From Kiritimatiellia bacterium (GTDB taxonomy: Bacteria; Verrucomicrobiota; Kiritimatiellia; RFP12; UBA1067): a DNA stretch of 64,000 nucleotides. Shown piece by piece: positions 18,451-27,057 of the stretch. The position numbers and the translations under genes were made by a program. Location: assembly GCA_017544725.1 (NCBI GenBank), contig JAFYDR010000194.1, forward strand, positions 8,211 to 72,210, in the 5' to 3' direction. The notes beneath the pieces are model-generated. The model saw only the letters and a list, made by a program, of their open reading frames with translations. It was not told where the DNA came from and did not search any database. Every line of letters begins with the position of its first letter. The first letter of the stretch is position 1.

Positions 18451-21400
18451 ATGCAAAAGCGTATTTTCATTTTTTGTCTCGTATTGGCCCAAGTAACCTG
18501 TTGCCGGGCTGAAACCATTCTGGATGTCGCGAAACGCGACGGTAAAGGAATGATGGTCTATGCCTACGGGAGTGACTGGAGCGAGTCCGGGCGAACTGTC
18601 CATAAGCTCTTTCGTTCCGCCGCTTTCCAAAACGCAGTTTCATCTCGCTATGTGCTGGGCGAGGTTGATGTCCGTGACGTGCCGACACGAGAGAGCGAGG
18701 CGACCAATCGCTGGGCAGCACCGGGGAATCTGGAGTCTTTCCGGTTGCCAGCGTTGTTCCTTTGCGGAAAAGACGGGCGCGGGTTTCTTGCTTTGGAAAA
18801 TATTCCGATCACGGCAACCGCACCTTGGCTTCTCTCTCAAGTGGCGAAGGCGGAACGTATCAAGGGCGAGGCGGACAAGTTGATCGCACGCGCCAATCAA
18901 GCACAAGGTGTGGAAGCAGCAGAGAGGATTGGTGAGGCACTTTCGTTGTTGGAACCGTTGTTGGTTGATACAGACCGACTTCTTGGCAAAAAATGTCAAG
19001 GTACTCTCTTCGATCAGCTGAAGGCGCTCGATCCGAAGGACGCCACAGGATGGCAACGGCGTTTCACGATGGGGAATGGTGTTGGGCTGATTGCCGAGGT
19101 GAATGCGGCACGGGAGAAAAAGGATTTCAAAGGAGGCGAAAAAATCCTCGCAAGAGAGGCTGCCAAATGTGATCGACACCTGACGCTCAACCAGCGGCAA
19201 GCGGTCGCAATGCTTCCATTCTCTCTCTACCGAAAAGATGAGAAGCGTAAAAAGGAAAACATTCGACTGTTGGATCGTGTGGCCGCGATGGGGAGTGAGA
19301 CGTTGTGGGGTATGGCGGCTGTGGGATTCCTGCGTAGCCTGCAGGCACCGGAGGCGGAACGGTACATGAAGCCTATGCCCAAGCGGCAGATTTTACGAAC
19401 ACCGCGCATGACGGAAGACGCTTTTGGGGAACGAGGGATTGACCGTACTTTAGAGCATTACCTCAAAGTTCTAGATTGGGTGACTACGGAGGACTTGCCA
19501 CATCTATCTAAGACACAGCGCAAAGCACTTGTCTGTACATACATCCTGCTTTCGGCGGGAAAAGAGTCGATCAGTCGAATCAGTAAACGCGAGGGCGGGA
19601 AACAGTTTCTCAACGCGTTCCTTCAAGATATTTCTTGGATGGAGTCGTTCGCGGGTTCAGGGCCGTGGCATTATGGGGCGGCATCTGCACTGGATGCACT
19701 AGATCTCTTGGCGTGGAATGAGCCAGGCGTGTACACGAACGGATTCCAGAGGAAGGCGGCAACTGCGTTCTCCTTGAACTTCCCGATTGGAACAAACGAC
19801 GTATCCCCCGTACGGACGCAAGAGCGGTTGGCCAATCAGGCGAAAAAGAATGTCGGTACGGAGGTCTCGAACGAGGAGGCGATTGTTCGCACGCTTCAGA
19901 TTTTCACCGAGTTGTCGAAGGCGGGGCGGTTGCACGACAAGGTGTACGGACTCGACACCTACGAGTGGCGGTATCTCCTTTTCCCGTGGGACCGGAACGA
20001 TCCCGAGGATCTTTTGGCTCTGAATGCCTTTTGCAACACCTCTTACGACAAGACATTCCGGCTGGGGTGGAAAGTCCCGTATCGCCTGCGCAACTGTTTC
20101 GGGGAGTCGGTTCATCGACCTGAATACTACCAGCCGTGGATACACGCAAAAAGCCGTTATCTGGTGGGAACGGAAATCGGCGGCGTCTGCAACCTGATCT
20201 CCTCGTTCGCCGTGACGCTCGGTCATGCGCACGGTCTCATGGCGGTCACGGCGGGGCAACCGTATCACTGTGCGTTCGTTACCCGTCCAGAACGGGGCGG
20301 CGCGAAACAATGGCAGATCCGCTATTATATCCAGCCCTACACGATGGGACGCTGGGGCGTGTTCAAGTGGGGGCGTTACCAGAATCTTCTCGCGGCGGAA
20401 GATCTCTACGAGGGAACAACGTTGGCGGATCGCGAATACCCGCGCTGGCTTGCGGACGTGCGGCGTTTCCAGTCATCCGACGGTACGGGGGAAAAGTATC
20501 GGGAGGATATTGCGAACCTCTACCGGATCGCGATGGTGAAAGCGCACGGGAACTGGCCTGCCGGTCACGACTGGCAGGAGTACCTGCGGGCGAGTAAAGC
20601 ACCGGCAGAAGCGTGGAATGCATACGCCGACACCGTGCTGGAGACCACCTTTGATCGAATTCCGATCGTAAGCGAACTTCTGAAACCCTATCACGATACC
20701 TTGGCCGCCAGAGGAGATGAAAAGGCGTTGGACGAAGCGTTCAAGAAAATGTTTCGGACAATCCGTCTGAACGGGCGCAAGTTCCCGGAGATGCCGGATT
20801 ACCGGTACGTACTCAATCCGCTCGTTGAACGTTTCGGCAAAAAAGATCCGCACAGATTGTTCCGCCTGTTCGGGGAGGCACTGGCGGCGCACGACTCGAT
20901 GGAGGACGAGTTTTTCCAGCAGACACTCGCGTGGGGAGCGACACGTTACCTCCGCAGCAAGGAGTGGGAGACGCCTTTCATCAATCTCGTTTTGGCAACA
21001 TTAGAGCGGATGGATAGGGCCTCGTCAAAAGGAGGAAAACCGTCCGATGCAGGCAAATCGGTGTGGCGCAAGCAGATTACGGCGGCGGAGGAAGCAGGGG
21101 CGATGGAACGACGTGATAAGCTGCTGTCATTGTTCCGCCGCTTATACCCGCCGTCCCCGATTCCAAAAGCTCCGTCCTATCCGACGGAAGATTTCGGAGG
21201 AACGCTCATCTCGTCAAACGCCTGCGTTCAGCTTTCGAAGGTCGGCAGACTGGACTGTGCCGAAAGGCATTTGGAATTCTGCGACGCTTCGCCGTCGCGG
21301 GCTGATAAGGAGGGACCGCCCGTTAGCGCGGAAGTGGAAAAAGGAACACGCGGTGTCGTGTGGATCCGATTGCAGCTGGGAGGCGTTTCGGAGGTCTCCG

Positions 21401-21648
21401 GCATTCTGCTGGTCAACGCAAAAAAAACGAAACAGCGCAAGGGACAGTTGCCGTTGCGCGTGGAAGTGTCGGAGAACGGTTCGGATTGGAAGACAGTCGC
21501 CACGATTACGAAAGATGCCAATAGCTGGCGGGTTCCGCTCAGTCCGACAGAAAGTCGGGTGAAGTTCGTCCGCGCCGTGCGCGGGGGCGAAGGCGACGAA
21601 CCGTTACGCCTTCTGAAAATGCTGATCTATGGACGCAAGCTCTATTAA
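18451..21648 (+). CDS. Large secreted protein with a transglutaminase-like cysteine-protease core and a C-terminal F5/8 type C (discoidin) domain.
   Basis: Signal peptide MQKRIFIFCLVLAQVTCCRA. GGVCNLISSFAVTLGHAHGLMAVTAG fits the transglutaminase-like core pattern GxCxxxAxxFxxLxRxxG. The C-terminal roughly 150 aa resembles a discoidin/galactose-binding fold. Confidence 0.55.
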   Translation: MQKRIFIFCLVLAQVTCCRAETILDVAKRDGKGMMVYAYGSDWSESGRTVHKLFRSAAFQNAVSSRYVLGEVDVRDVPTRESEATNRWAAPGNLESFRLPALFLCGKDGRGFLALENIPITATAPWLLSQVAKAERIKGEADKLIARANQAQGVEAAERIGEALSLLEPLLVDTDRLLGKKCQGTLFDQLKALDPKDATGWQRRFTMGNGVGLIAEVNAAREKKDFKGGEKILAREAAKCDRHLTLNQRQAVAMLPFSLYRKDEKRKKENIRLLDRVAAMGSETLWGMAAVGFLRSLQAPEAERYMKPMPKRQILRTPRMTEDAFGERGIDRTLEHYLKVLDWVTTEDLPHLSKTQRKALVCTYILLSAGKESISRISKREGGKQFLNAFLQDISWMESFAGSGPWHYGAASALDALDLLAWNEPGVYTNGFQRKAATAFSLNFPIGTNDVSPVRTQERLANQAKKNVGTEVSNEEAIVRTLQIFTELSKAGRLHDKVYGLDTYEWRYLLFPWDRNDPEDLLALNAFCNTSYDKTFRLGWKVPYRLRNCFGESVHRPEYYQPWIHAKSRYLVGTEIGGVCNLISSFAVTLGHAHGLMAVTAGQPYHCAFVTRPERGGAKQWQIRYYIQPYTMGRWGVFKWGRYQNLLAAEDLYEGTTLADREYPRWLADVRRFQSSDGTGEKYREDIANLYRIAMVKAHGNWPAGHDWQEYLRASKAPAEAWNAYADTVLETTFDRIPIVSELLKPYHDTLAARGDEKALDEAFKKMFRTIRLNGRKFPEMPDYRYVLNPLVERFGKKDPHRLFRLFGEALAAHDSMEDEFFQQTLAWGATRYLRSKEWETPFINLVLATLERMDRASSKGGKPSDAGKSVWRKQITAAEEAGAMERRDKLLSLFRRLYPPSPIPKAPSYPTEDFGGTLISSNACVQLSKVGRLDCAERHLEFCDASPSRADKEGPPVSAEVEKGTRGVVWIRLQLGGVSEVSGILLVNAKKTKQRKGQLPLRVEVSENGSDWKTVATITKDANSWRVPLSPTESRVKFVRAVRGGEGDEPLRLLKMLIYGRKLY

Positions 21649-21660
21649 GCGCGGTGCTAT

Positions 21661-21700
21661 GCCGCCAATGAGAAATGACGAATGACGAGTGAAGCGGGTA
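21661..21700 (+). repeat. TCGTCAT-module copy in reverse orientation (ATGACGAATGACGAGTGAAG).
   Basis: It is the reverse complement of the CTTCACTCGTCATTCGTCAT units seen at 12640, 46322 and 57816. Confidence 0.6.
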
Positions 21701-21945
21701 CGACGACACGTACCTGTGCAACCCCCTGAATTATCCCGCTAGGTCACATCTCCAAATCTGGGGTGTTGTACTAGCAGTCCGAGGGGCGCATCTGCGTAAT
21801 TCACCTATTCCGTACGCACGAGAGGATTTTGGAAACAACCAGAACAACTTGAAGACAACATTTGAAAGAAGTGCGCGGACCAACCGGTCCGCGCAGTCTC
21901 TCCTTTGCCTGTAACTTGCCGCTATGGAGAGCCGCCGTGTGCTAC

Positions 21946-22045
21946 GCGGGCGAGTTAGCCCGCACTCTAAAGACAAGTTGTTTTTGTAAGTTGTTTCTGT
22001 TGTTTTCATTTCAAAAGACGACGGTGAAATACGCAGATGTGCCCC
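21946..22045 (+). repeat. AT-rich conserved element, copy 2 (GCGGGCGAGTTAGCCCGCACTCTAAAGACAAGTTGTTTTTGTAAGTTGTTTCTGTTGTTTTCATTTCAAAAGACG..).
   Basis: About 85% identical to 3558-3665. It begins with a perfect hairpin GCGGGC-GAGTTA-GCCCGC. It lies about 80 nt upstream of the hisC promoter. Confidence 0.55.
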
Positions 22046-22071
22046 AGTCCGAGCTAAAAGCCATTCAATCA

Positions 22072-22100
22072 TTGCGGATGGGTATTGACTTTGCTATACT
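22072..22100 (+). promoter_or_regulatory. Putative sigma70-type promoter TTGCGG-N17-TATACT for hisC.
   Basis: The hexamers are 21 nt upstream of the hisC ATG, with a GGAG site in between. The same architecture appears at 55559-55588 and 59836-59865. Confidence 0.4.
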
Positions 22101-22121
22101 GTCTGCATTTGGAGATTCCTT

Positions 22122-23165
22122 ATGCCGATTTGCAGAAATGTCGAGGCTCTCGCCGGTTATGTTCCAGGAGAGCAGCCAAAAGAAAGCGGGATTATCAAAC
22201 TTAACACAAACGAGAATCCTTACCCGCCTTCCCCATTAGTGGGAGAGGCGTTGCGTGACTTCGACTATCGGAAGTTACGGCTTTATTCCGACCCCGTTTA
22301 TGTTGCCTGCCGCCAACGGATCGCAGAGATCAACGGTTGCCGTCCCGAAAACGTGTTTGTCGGGAATGGATCCGACGAAGTGCTCGCTCTCTTCACCCGT
22401 GCGTTCGTCGAAACTCCGGACGGCACAATCGGGTTCTTCGATCCCACCTACAGTCTTTACTCCGTACTGGCAGACATCCGCGACTGTCAGAAACGCGCGA
22501 TTCCCTTGCCCGACGATTTCTCTTGGGTTGCGCCGCCGCCCGATTTCGAGGCGTCCGCATTCCTGCTCACGAATCCCAATGCGCCGACCAGCGTACAGTA
22601 TCCGCACGAAGAGGTTCGCGCGTTCTGTCGCCGCTTTCCGGGAATTGTCCTGATCGACGAGGCGTATGCCGATTTTGCGGAGACGAACTGCATGGACATC
22701 GCCACAGATTCCGAGAACACCAACACGCTGGTGATGCGGACGCTCTCCAAATCCTTCTCGCTGGCAGGGCTTCGTTTCGGGTACTGTGTCGGACCGGAAC
22801 GTCTGATTGACGCACTGTTTAAGATCAAGGATTCATACAACATGGACTGGTTCTCCCAGACCTTGGGGCTTGCAGCACTGAACGATCTCCCGTCCATGCG
22901 GGCAAACGTACAGAAGATCCATGCGACCCGTTCGCGCATCACGGATGCGCTGCGTCAGCGCGGATGGAAGGTCCTTGATTCGCAGACGAATTTTCTTTTT
23001 GCCGCGCCGCCGTGTGACGCGAAGACACTCTTCGAGTACCTCAAAGCAAACAAGATTTTCGTCCGTTATTTTCCCGGACCGCGCACGGGGAAATTCCTGC
23101 GGATTACCATGGGGACGGATGACCAGATGGATCGTTTCCTGGCCGTTCTCGACAGTCGGGAATAA
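22122..23165 (+). CDS. hisC: Histidinol-phosphate aminotransferase
   Basis: Class-II aminotransferase with the PLP-lysine region (TLSKSFSLAGLRFGY) and a length and N-terminus (LNTNENPYPPSP) typical of HisC. Confidence 0.9.
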   Translation: MPICRNVEALAGYVPGEQPKESGIIKLNTNENPYPPSPLVGEALRDFDYRKLRLYSDPVYVACRQRIAEINGCRPENVFVGNGSDEVLALFTRAFVETPDGTIGFFDPTYSLYSVLADIRDCQKRAIPLPDDFSWVAPPPDFEASAFLLTNPNAPTSVQYPHEEVRAFCRRFPGIVLIDEAYADFAETNCMDIATDSENTNTLVMRTLSKSFSLAGLRFGYCVGPERLIDALFKIKDSYNMDWFSQTLGLAALNDLPSMRANVQKIHATRSRITDALRQRGWKVLDSQTNFLFAAPPCDAKTLFEYLKANKIFVRYFPGPRTGKFLRITMGTDDQMDRFLAVLDSRE

Positions 23166-23214
23166 CAGGGAACGAAACTGAATGTGCCCTGTTCCGCAAG
23201 GAGATGATGGAACT

Positions 23215-24321
23215 ATGAGACTCCAATTCTTTGAAAATTGCAGAGGATCAGTTGCAATCGTGGCTCTGTTGCTGATCGGCGTGAGTGGAGTTGCCACCGC
23301 ACAGTCTCCCAATGCGACTGCGGAATGCAAGCCAATTCATCGAATCATTCGACAGGAGCAGGAGTGGCAACCCATTGCTCGAGAGGAAACCGGAATTGAT
23401 CCCAAGGCCTTTGACGCAATACCCGATCTCATCACGAAACGCAAGATGGGAACAACGGGGTTGATGATCATCGTTCACGGAGGCGTGGCCTATCAGTATG
23501 GCGATGTGAAGGAGGTCTCGTATATTGCCTCGTGCCGCAAAAGCATTCTCTCCTTGATGTACGGAAATTTTGTGGAGAACGGACAAATCGATCTCAAGAA
23601 GACGGTCGGCGACTTGAAGATAACCGATGTCGGCGGTCTGCTTCCGATTGAGACGACGGCAACCGTGCTGGACCTGATCACGGCTAGGTCGGGTGTTTAT
23701 CACCCGGCATCAAACCCTGGCGGCATCAAAGAGGGTATGGAACCAGTACGAGGAAAAACGAAACCCGGTACGAAGTTCCTCTACAACAACTGGGACTTCA
23801 ATGTCGCGGGAACAGTTTTTGAATTGATGACGCATCAAAACATCTACGATGTTTTTGACGCCTGTTACGCAAAACCGTTGATGTTTCAGGACTGGGATCG
23901 AAGCCGGCACAAGAAGAGCGGGGATATGCAGAAGTCCAGCCACCTTGCGTACCATTTCTATTTCTCGACGCGGGATATGGCGAAGATCGGGGAACTGATG
24001 CTTCGCAAAGGAAAATGGAACGGACAACAGCTTGTTCCAGAGAAATGGGTGGAGGAGTCCACGCGCCCATTTACCGTGTTTGGTAAAGACGCCGGTGGCT
24101 ATGGTTACATGTGGTGGTACGAGAAATTCGGGCGGGATTTGCCGGGACTGGAAGGTTCCTATACGGCGAGTGGGCAATACGGACAGTACATTACAGTCTT
24201 ACCGAAACTGGATATGGTCATCGCCCACAAGTCCGCGCGCAACGCCGCGCACCGTACCTCAAAAGAACACTATTCAGAATTACTTCACCTAATCTGCTCC
24301 GGTGCCAGACTCTACCTCTAA
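23215..24321 (+). CDS. Beta-lactamase-family serine hydrolase (class C/PBP-like), secreted.
   Basis: Signal peptide followed by a conserved beta-lactamase-fold C-terminal region (YGYMWW..). The family assignment is moderate confidence. Confidence 0.65.
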   Translation: MRLQFFENCRGSVAIVALLLIGVSGVATAQSPNATAECKPIHRIIRQEQEWQPIAREETGIDPKAFDAIPDLITKRKMGTTGLMIIVHGGVAYQYGDVKEVSYIASCRKSILSLMYGNFVENGQIDLKKTVGDLKITDVGGLLPIETTATVLDLITARSGVYHPASNPGGIKEGMEPVRGKTKPGTKFLYNNWDFNVAGTVFELMTHQNIYDVFDACYAKPLMFQDWDRSRHKKSGDMQKSSHLAYHFYFSTRDMAKIGELMLRKGKWNGQQLVPEKWVEESTRPFTVFGKDAGGYGYMWWYEKFGRDLPGLEGSYTASGQYGQYITVLPKLDMVIAHKSARNAAHRTSKEHYSELLHLICSGARLYL

Positions 24322-24455
24322 CTTCGCTTCGCGAAGCAATGACGAATGACGAGTGACGAATGACAGGCGGCGGAGCCGCCAGCTGAGAAGCGGGAAAGCG
24401 AGCCGCCATAGGCGGTAATGAAAAATGAAGAGAGAAGAATGAAAAATGAAGGGCG
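24322..24455 (+). repeat. Mosaic repeat block. It contains the GCTTCGCGAAGC palindrome, TGACGAATGACGAG units, GGCGGAGCCGCC and GCCGCCATAGGCGG hairpins, and an AATGAAG array.
   Basis: Shares modules with 12628-12832 and others. It sits in a 510-bp gap between convergent genes. Confidence 0.7.
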
Positions 24456-24472
24456 GTGTGTCGCATGTCATC

Positions 24473-24488
24473 GATAGCTATCGATTGC
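24473..24488. repeat. Perfect 16-bp palindrome ATCGATAGCTATCGAT, within a TCGATTGCGATCGA-like module.
   Basis: Self-complementary, read from the sequence. Related CGATTGCGATCGA motifs are at 9990-10010 and 54880-54906. Confidence 0.6.
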
Positions 24489-24565
24489 GATCGAATGCAA
24501 TCGGACGGGGGGGATTTAATTTTGTGGAACTTGAAATCGTGGCGAGTGGAAAAGCCCTGAAAGGG

Positions 24566-24604
24566 CGTTAACTATACAGACGGGGGTGAGCGAAGCGTGA
24601 CCCC
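24566..24604 (+). repeat. Hairpin module CAGACGGGGGTGAGCGAAGCGTGACCCCCG (GGGGGT/ACCCCC stem).
   Basis: A near-identical copy is at 55001-55032. Confidence 0.6.
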
Positions 24605-24780
24605 CGACGGTGTCATAAACATCGACCAAGCCCTGAAGGGGCGGCAGAACAATCTACCGTAGATCATCGAGAGACGCGCCTTCTGTCGCCCTTTCAGGGC
24701 TAGTGTGCTTTTGCTTGATTCCGGGGGCTGTGCTACGCTTGTCCCCGTCTGTGTACTGTCGCCCCTTCGGGGCTTGACGA

Positions 24781-24820
24781 AAGTTATCTCCATGAATATT
24801 TCCGTGAGCAGCGCGGGCGG
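24781..24820 (-). repeat. E-module copy in reverse orientation (AAGTTATCTCCATGAATATTTCCGTGAGCAGCGCGGGCGG). It is preceded by the GCCCCTTCGGGGC UUCG hairpin.
   Basis: It matches the 55215-55258 copy, including the flanking GCCCCTTTGGGGC. Confidence 0.65.
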
Positions 24821-24831
24821 ATAACTTGTCG

Positions 24832-27054
24832 TTACGTCAGCATTCCCTTGGGCGAGTTTTCGGAGTCGTCCCACCATGCGGGCTTCTTCGTGGCGACACG
24901 GGCGATGTCCTTTGTCGTCATCTGGTTGCCGCGCGCACTGACGCCTTTCACGCCGACCTCGCTGGGCGTGAACTGCTGCTGGTGGATTCGCTGGGACTTG
25001 GCGGGCTTGTACTTGACGAAGACCGTTTCAGGCGTTCCCTCGACGAAGAGAGTAACCTTGCTCTTTTCTTGGGCGAGCCGGTATTCCTTGTTCTGGATCG
25101 CGCCGCCAAAGGCGAAACGCTTGATGTAGGAGAAGCCGTAATTCGGTTCGGTGTAGATGCAGGTGAACTGCTTGTCGCGGTTGTAGATGCCAACGTAAAT
25201 CAGGTTCTTATCGACGAAGAACTTGTCCGGAGGTGGAATCATCTTCCATCTCCCGTCCGCCCAAACGAGGATCAACTTGTCCAACGAGGAACACTTCAGC
25301 ACTTCGTCCCCGCCGCGAAGCGCGGAGCCGATGTAGTTGTTCTCGCGATCCCACTTGATGGAAAGTTCGCTGGCGGTGATCGCCCGCACATCAACTTGCT
25401 TGAACGGGGTCGTGCGGATTTCCGTGTGGCGCGGATACCGTTTCGCGTACTCCTTGATCAGTCCCTTAAGGTATTTCACGACGAATGCGCGGAGATGCAC
25501 AAGGTTATCACGCACCTGTTTCTCTTCTTTCAGGACATCCGCAATCTCCTGCCGGTTCTTGTCGATGTCGAACTGCGAGATGCGGCGGATCTGGAGTTTG
25601 AGGAGTCGTTCGATATCATCATCGACAATCGGGCGGCGCAGTTCCTTCAGGAAGGGCTGGAATCCCGTGATGATTGCGGTCTTCACGCCTTCCATCGTCT
25701 TCTCCGTTTCGATGCGCTTGTAGATACGTTCCTCGATGAAGATTCGGTCGAGCGTACGCGCGTGGAAGAGATCGTCCAGTTCTCCGAGCCGAATCTCCAG
25801 TTCGCGCTTGGTTAGTTCCGTTAGCCGGTCCACATTCTTGCGCAGAATCTCCGAGATCGTCATTTGACGGGGGCGTCCATCGTCGAGGACGATTGGACGC
25901 GACGAGAGTGACTTTTCGCAGGTCGTGAACGCATAGAGTGCGGTGATTGCCTTCTCTGGATTTTCTCCGGGGGCGAGTTCCAGCTCGATGTGCACCTGGT
26001 CGCTTGTCAGGTCATGCAACTTCCGAACCGGCACCTTCTTTTTCTTGATCGCGTCTTCGATGGATTCCGCGATGGAGTCGGTTGTCTCGCCCCACGGCAA
26101 TTCCGTGATGATGAGCTTGTTCTTCTCACCCTTTTCGATTTTCGCGCGAATCTTGACTTTTCCGAGACCGTCCTGATACTCGCTCACGTCCATGGTTCCA
26201 CCGAGCTGGAAATCGGGATAGAGCGCAAACGGTTTCTTCTGGAGGATGGCGATCTCGGCTTCCAGAAGCTCGATGAAGTTGTGCGGCAGGATCGCTGTCG
26301 AAAGACCGACCGCGATTCCGTCTGCGCCGAGCATGAGCAACAACGGGATTTTGGAGGGAAGGTAAACAGGCTCTTCCTTGCGTCCGTCGTAGTTCGGTAC
26401 GTATGTCGTCGTTTTCCGGTTGAAGACCTCTTTCTTGGCAAGAGCCGTGAGGCGGCATTCGATGTAACGGACTGCGGCGTGCGGCATTCCCGTGAGGAGC
26501 GACCCGTAGTTTCCCTGACCGTCGATCAGGTATCCCATTCCCTTACCCCAGAGCTTGTTTGCCAGCACGACAATCGCGTCGCCGATGGAGGCATCACCGT
26601 GGGGATGATACTGCATCGTCTGACCGACGATGTTCGCGACCTTCGTGTATCGTCCGTCGTCTTGCTCGTAGAGCGCGTGCATGATACGCCGCTGCACGGG
26701 TTTCAAGCCGTCTTCCAGGGCGGGAATCGCACGAGAGCAGATGACGTATGCCGAATACTGGCGGAAGTTGAAATCGTAGAGGTCGCGCATCGGACCGACA
26801 CCCGTCATGTCGCTCGGCGGGTCGGGCGGAGGAACTACGGGATTCGGGGCCTTCGGCAACTTCGGTTTCTCCCAGTCATCCAGTTCGTCAGGGGCATCTG
26901 GCGTTTCCGGTGCGTTCTGCTCTTGCGGCACTTCCGTTTTCGCTGCGGTTTCTTGCGTTTCCATTGACTGCTTCGTCTGCGTTACGGCGGCGAAGAGGTC
27001 AAGATCGTCAAAGAGGCTGGGGGGCGTTGGTGTGGTGTCTTTTTTCTTGGGCAT
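24832..27054 (-). CDS. parC: DNA topoisomerase IV subunit A (type IIA topoisomerase, GyrA/ParC family).
   Basis: Active-site region AIPALEDGLKPVQRRI..YHPHGD. Its length (740 aa) and pairing with a roughly 615-aa B subunit favour topo IV over gyrase. It has an acidic, low-complexity N-terminal extension. Confidence 0.8.
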   Translation of the reverse strand: MPKKKDTTPTPPSLFDDLDLFAAVTQTKQSMETQETAAKTEVPQEQNAPETPDAPDELDDWEKPKLPKAPNPVVPPPDPPSDMTGVGPMRDLYDFNFRQYSAYVICSRAIPALEDGLKPVQRRIMHALYEQDDGRYTKVANIVGQTMQYHPHGDASIGDAIVVLANKLWGKGMGYLIDGQGNYGSLLTGMPHAAVRYIECRLTALAKKEVFNRKTTTYVPNYDGRKEEPVYLPSKIPLLLMLGADGIAVGLSTAILPHNFIELLEAEIAILQKKPFALYPDFQLGGTMDVSEYQDGLGKVKIRAKIEKGEKNKLIITELPWGETTDSIAESIEDAIKKKKVPVRKLHDLTSDQVHIELELAPGENPEKAITALYAFTTCEKSLSSRPIVLDDGRPRQMTISEILRKNVDRLTELTKRELEIRLGELDDLFHARTLDRIFIEERIYKRIETEKTMEGVKTAIITGFQPFLKELRRPIVDDDIERLLKLQIRRISQFDIDKNRQEIADVLKEEKQVRDNLVHLRAFVVKYLKGLIKEYAKRYPRHTEIRTTPFKQVDVRAITASELSIKWDRENNYIGSALRGGDEVLKCSSLDKLILVWADGRWKMIPPPDKFFVDKNLIYVGIYNRDKQFTCIYTEPNYGFSYIKRFAFGGAIQNKEYRLAQEKSKVTLFVEGTPETVFVKYKPAKSQRIHQQQFTPSEVGVKGVSARGNQMTTKDIARVATKKPAWWDDSENSPKGMLT

Positions 27055-27057
27055 GGC

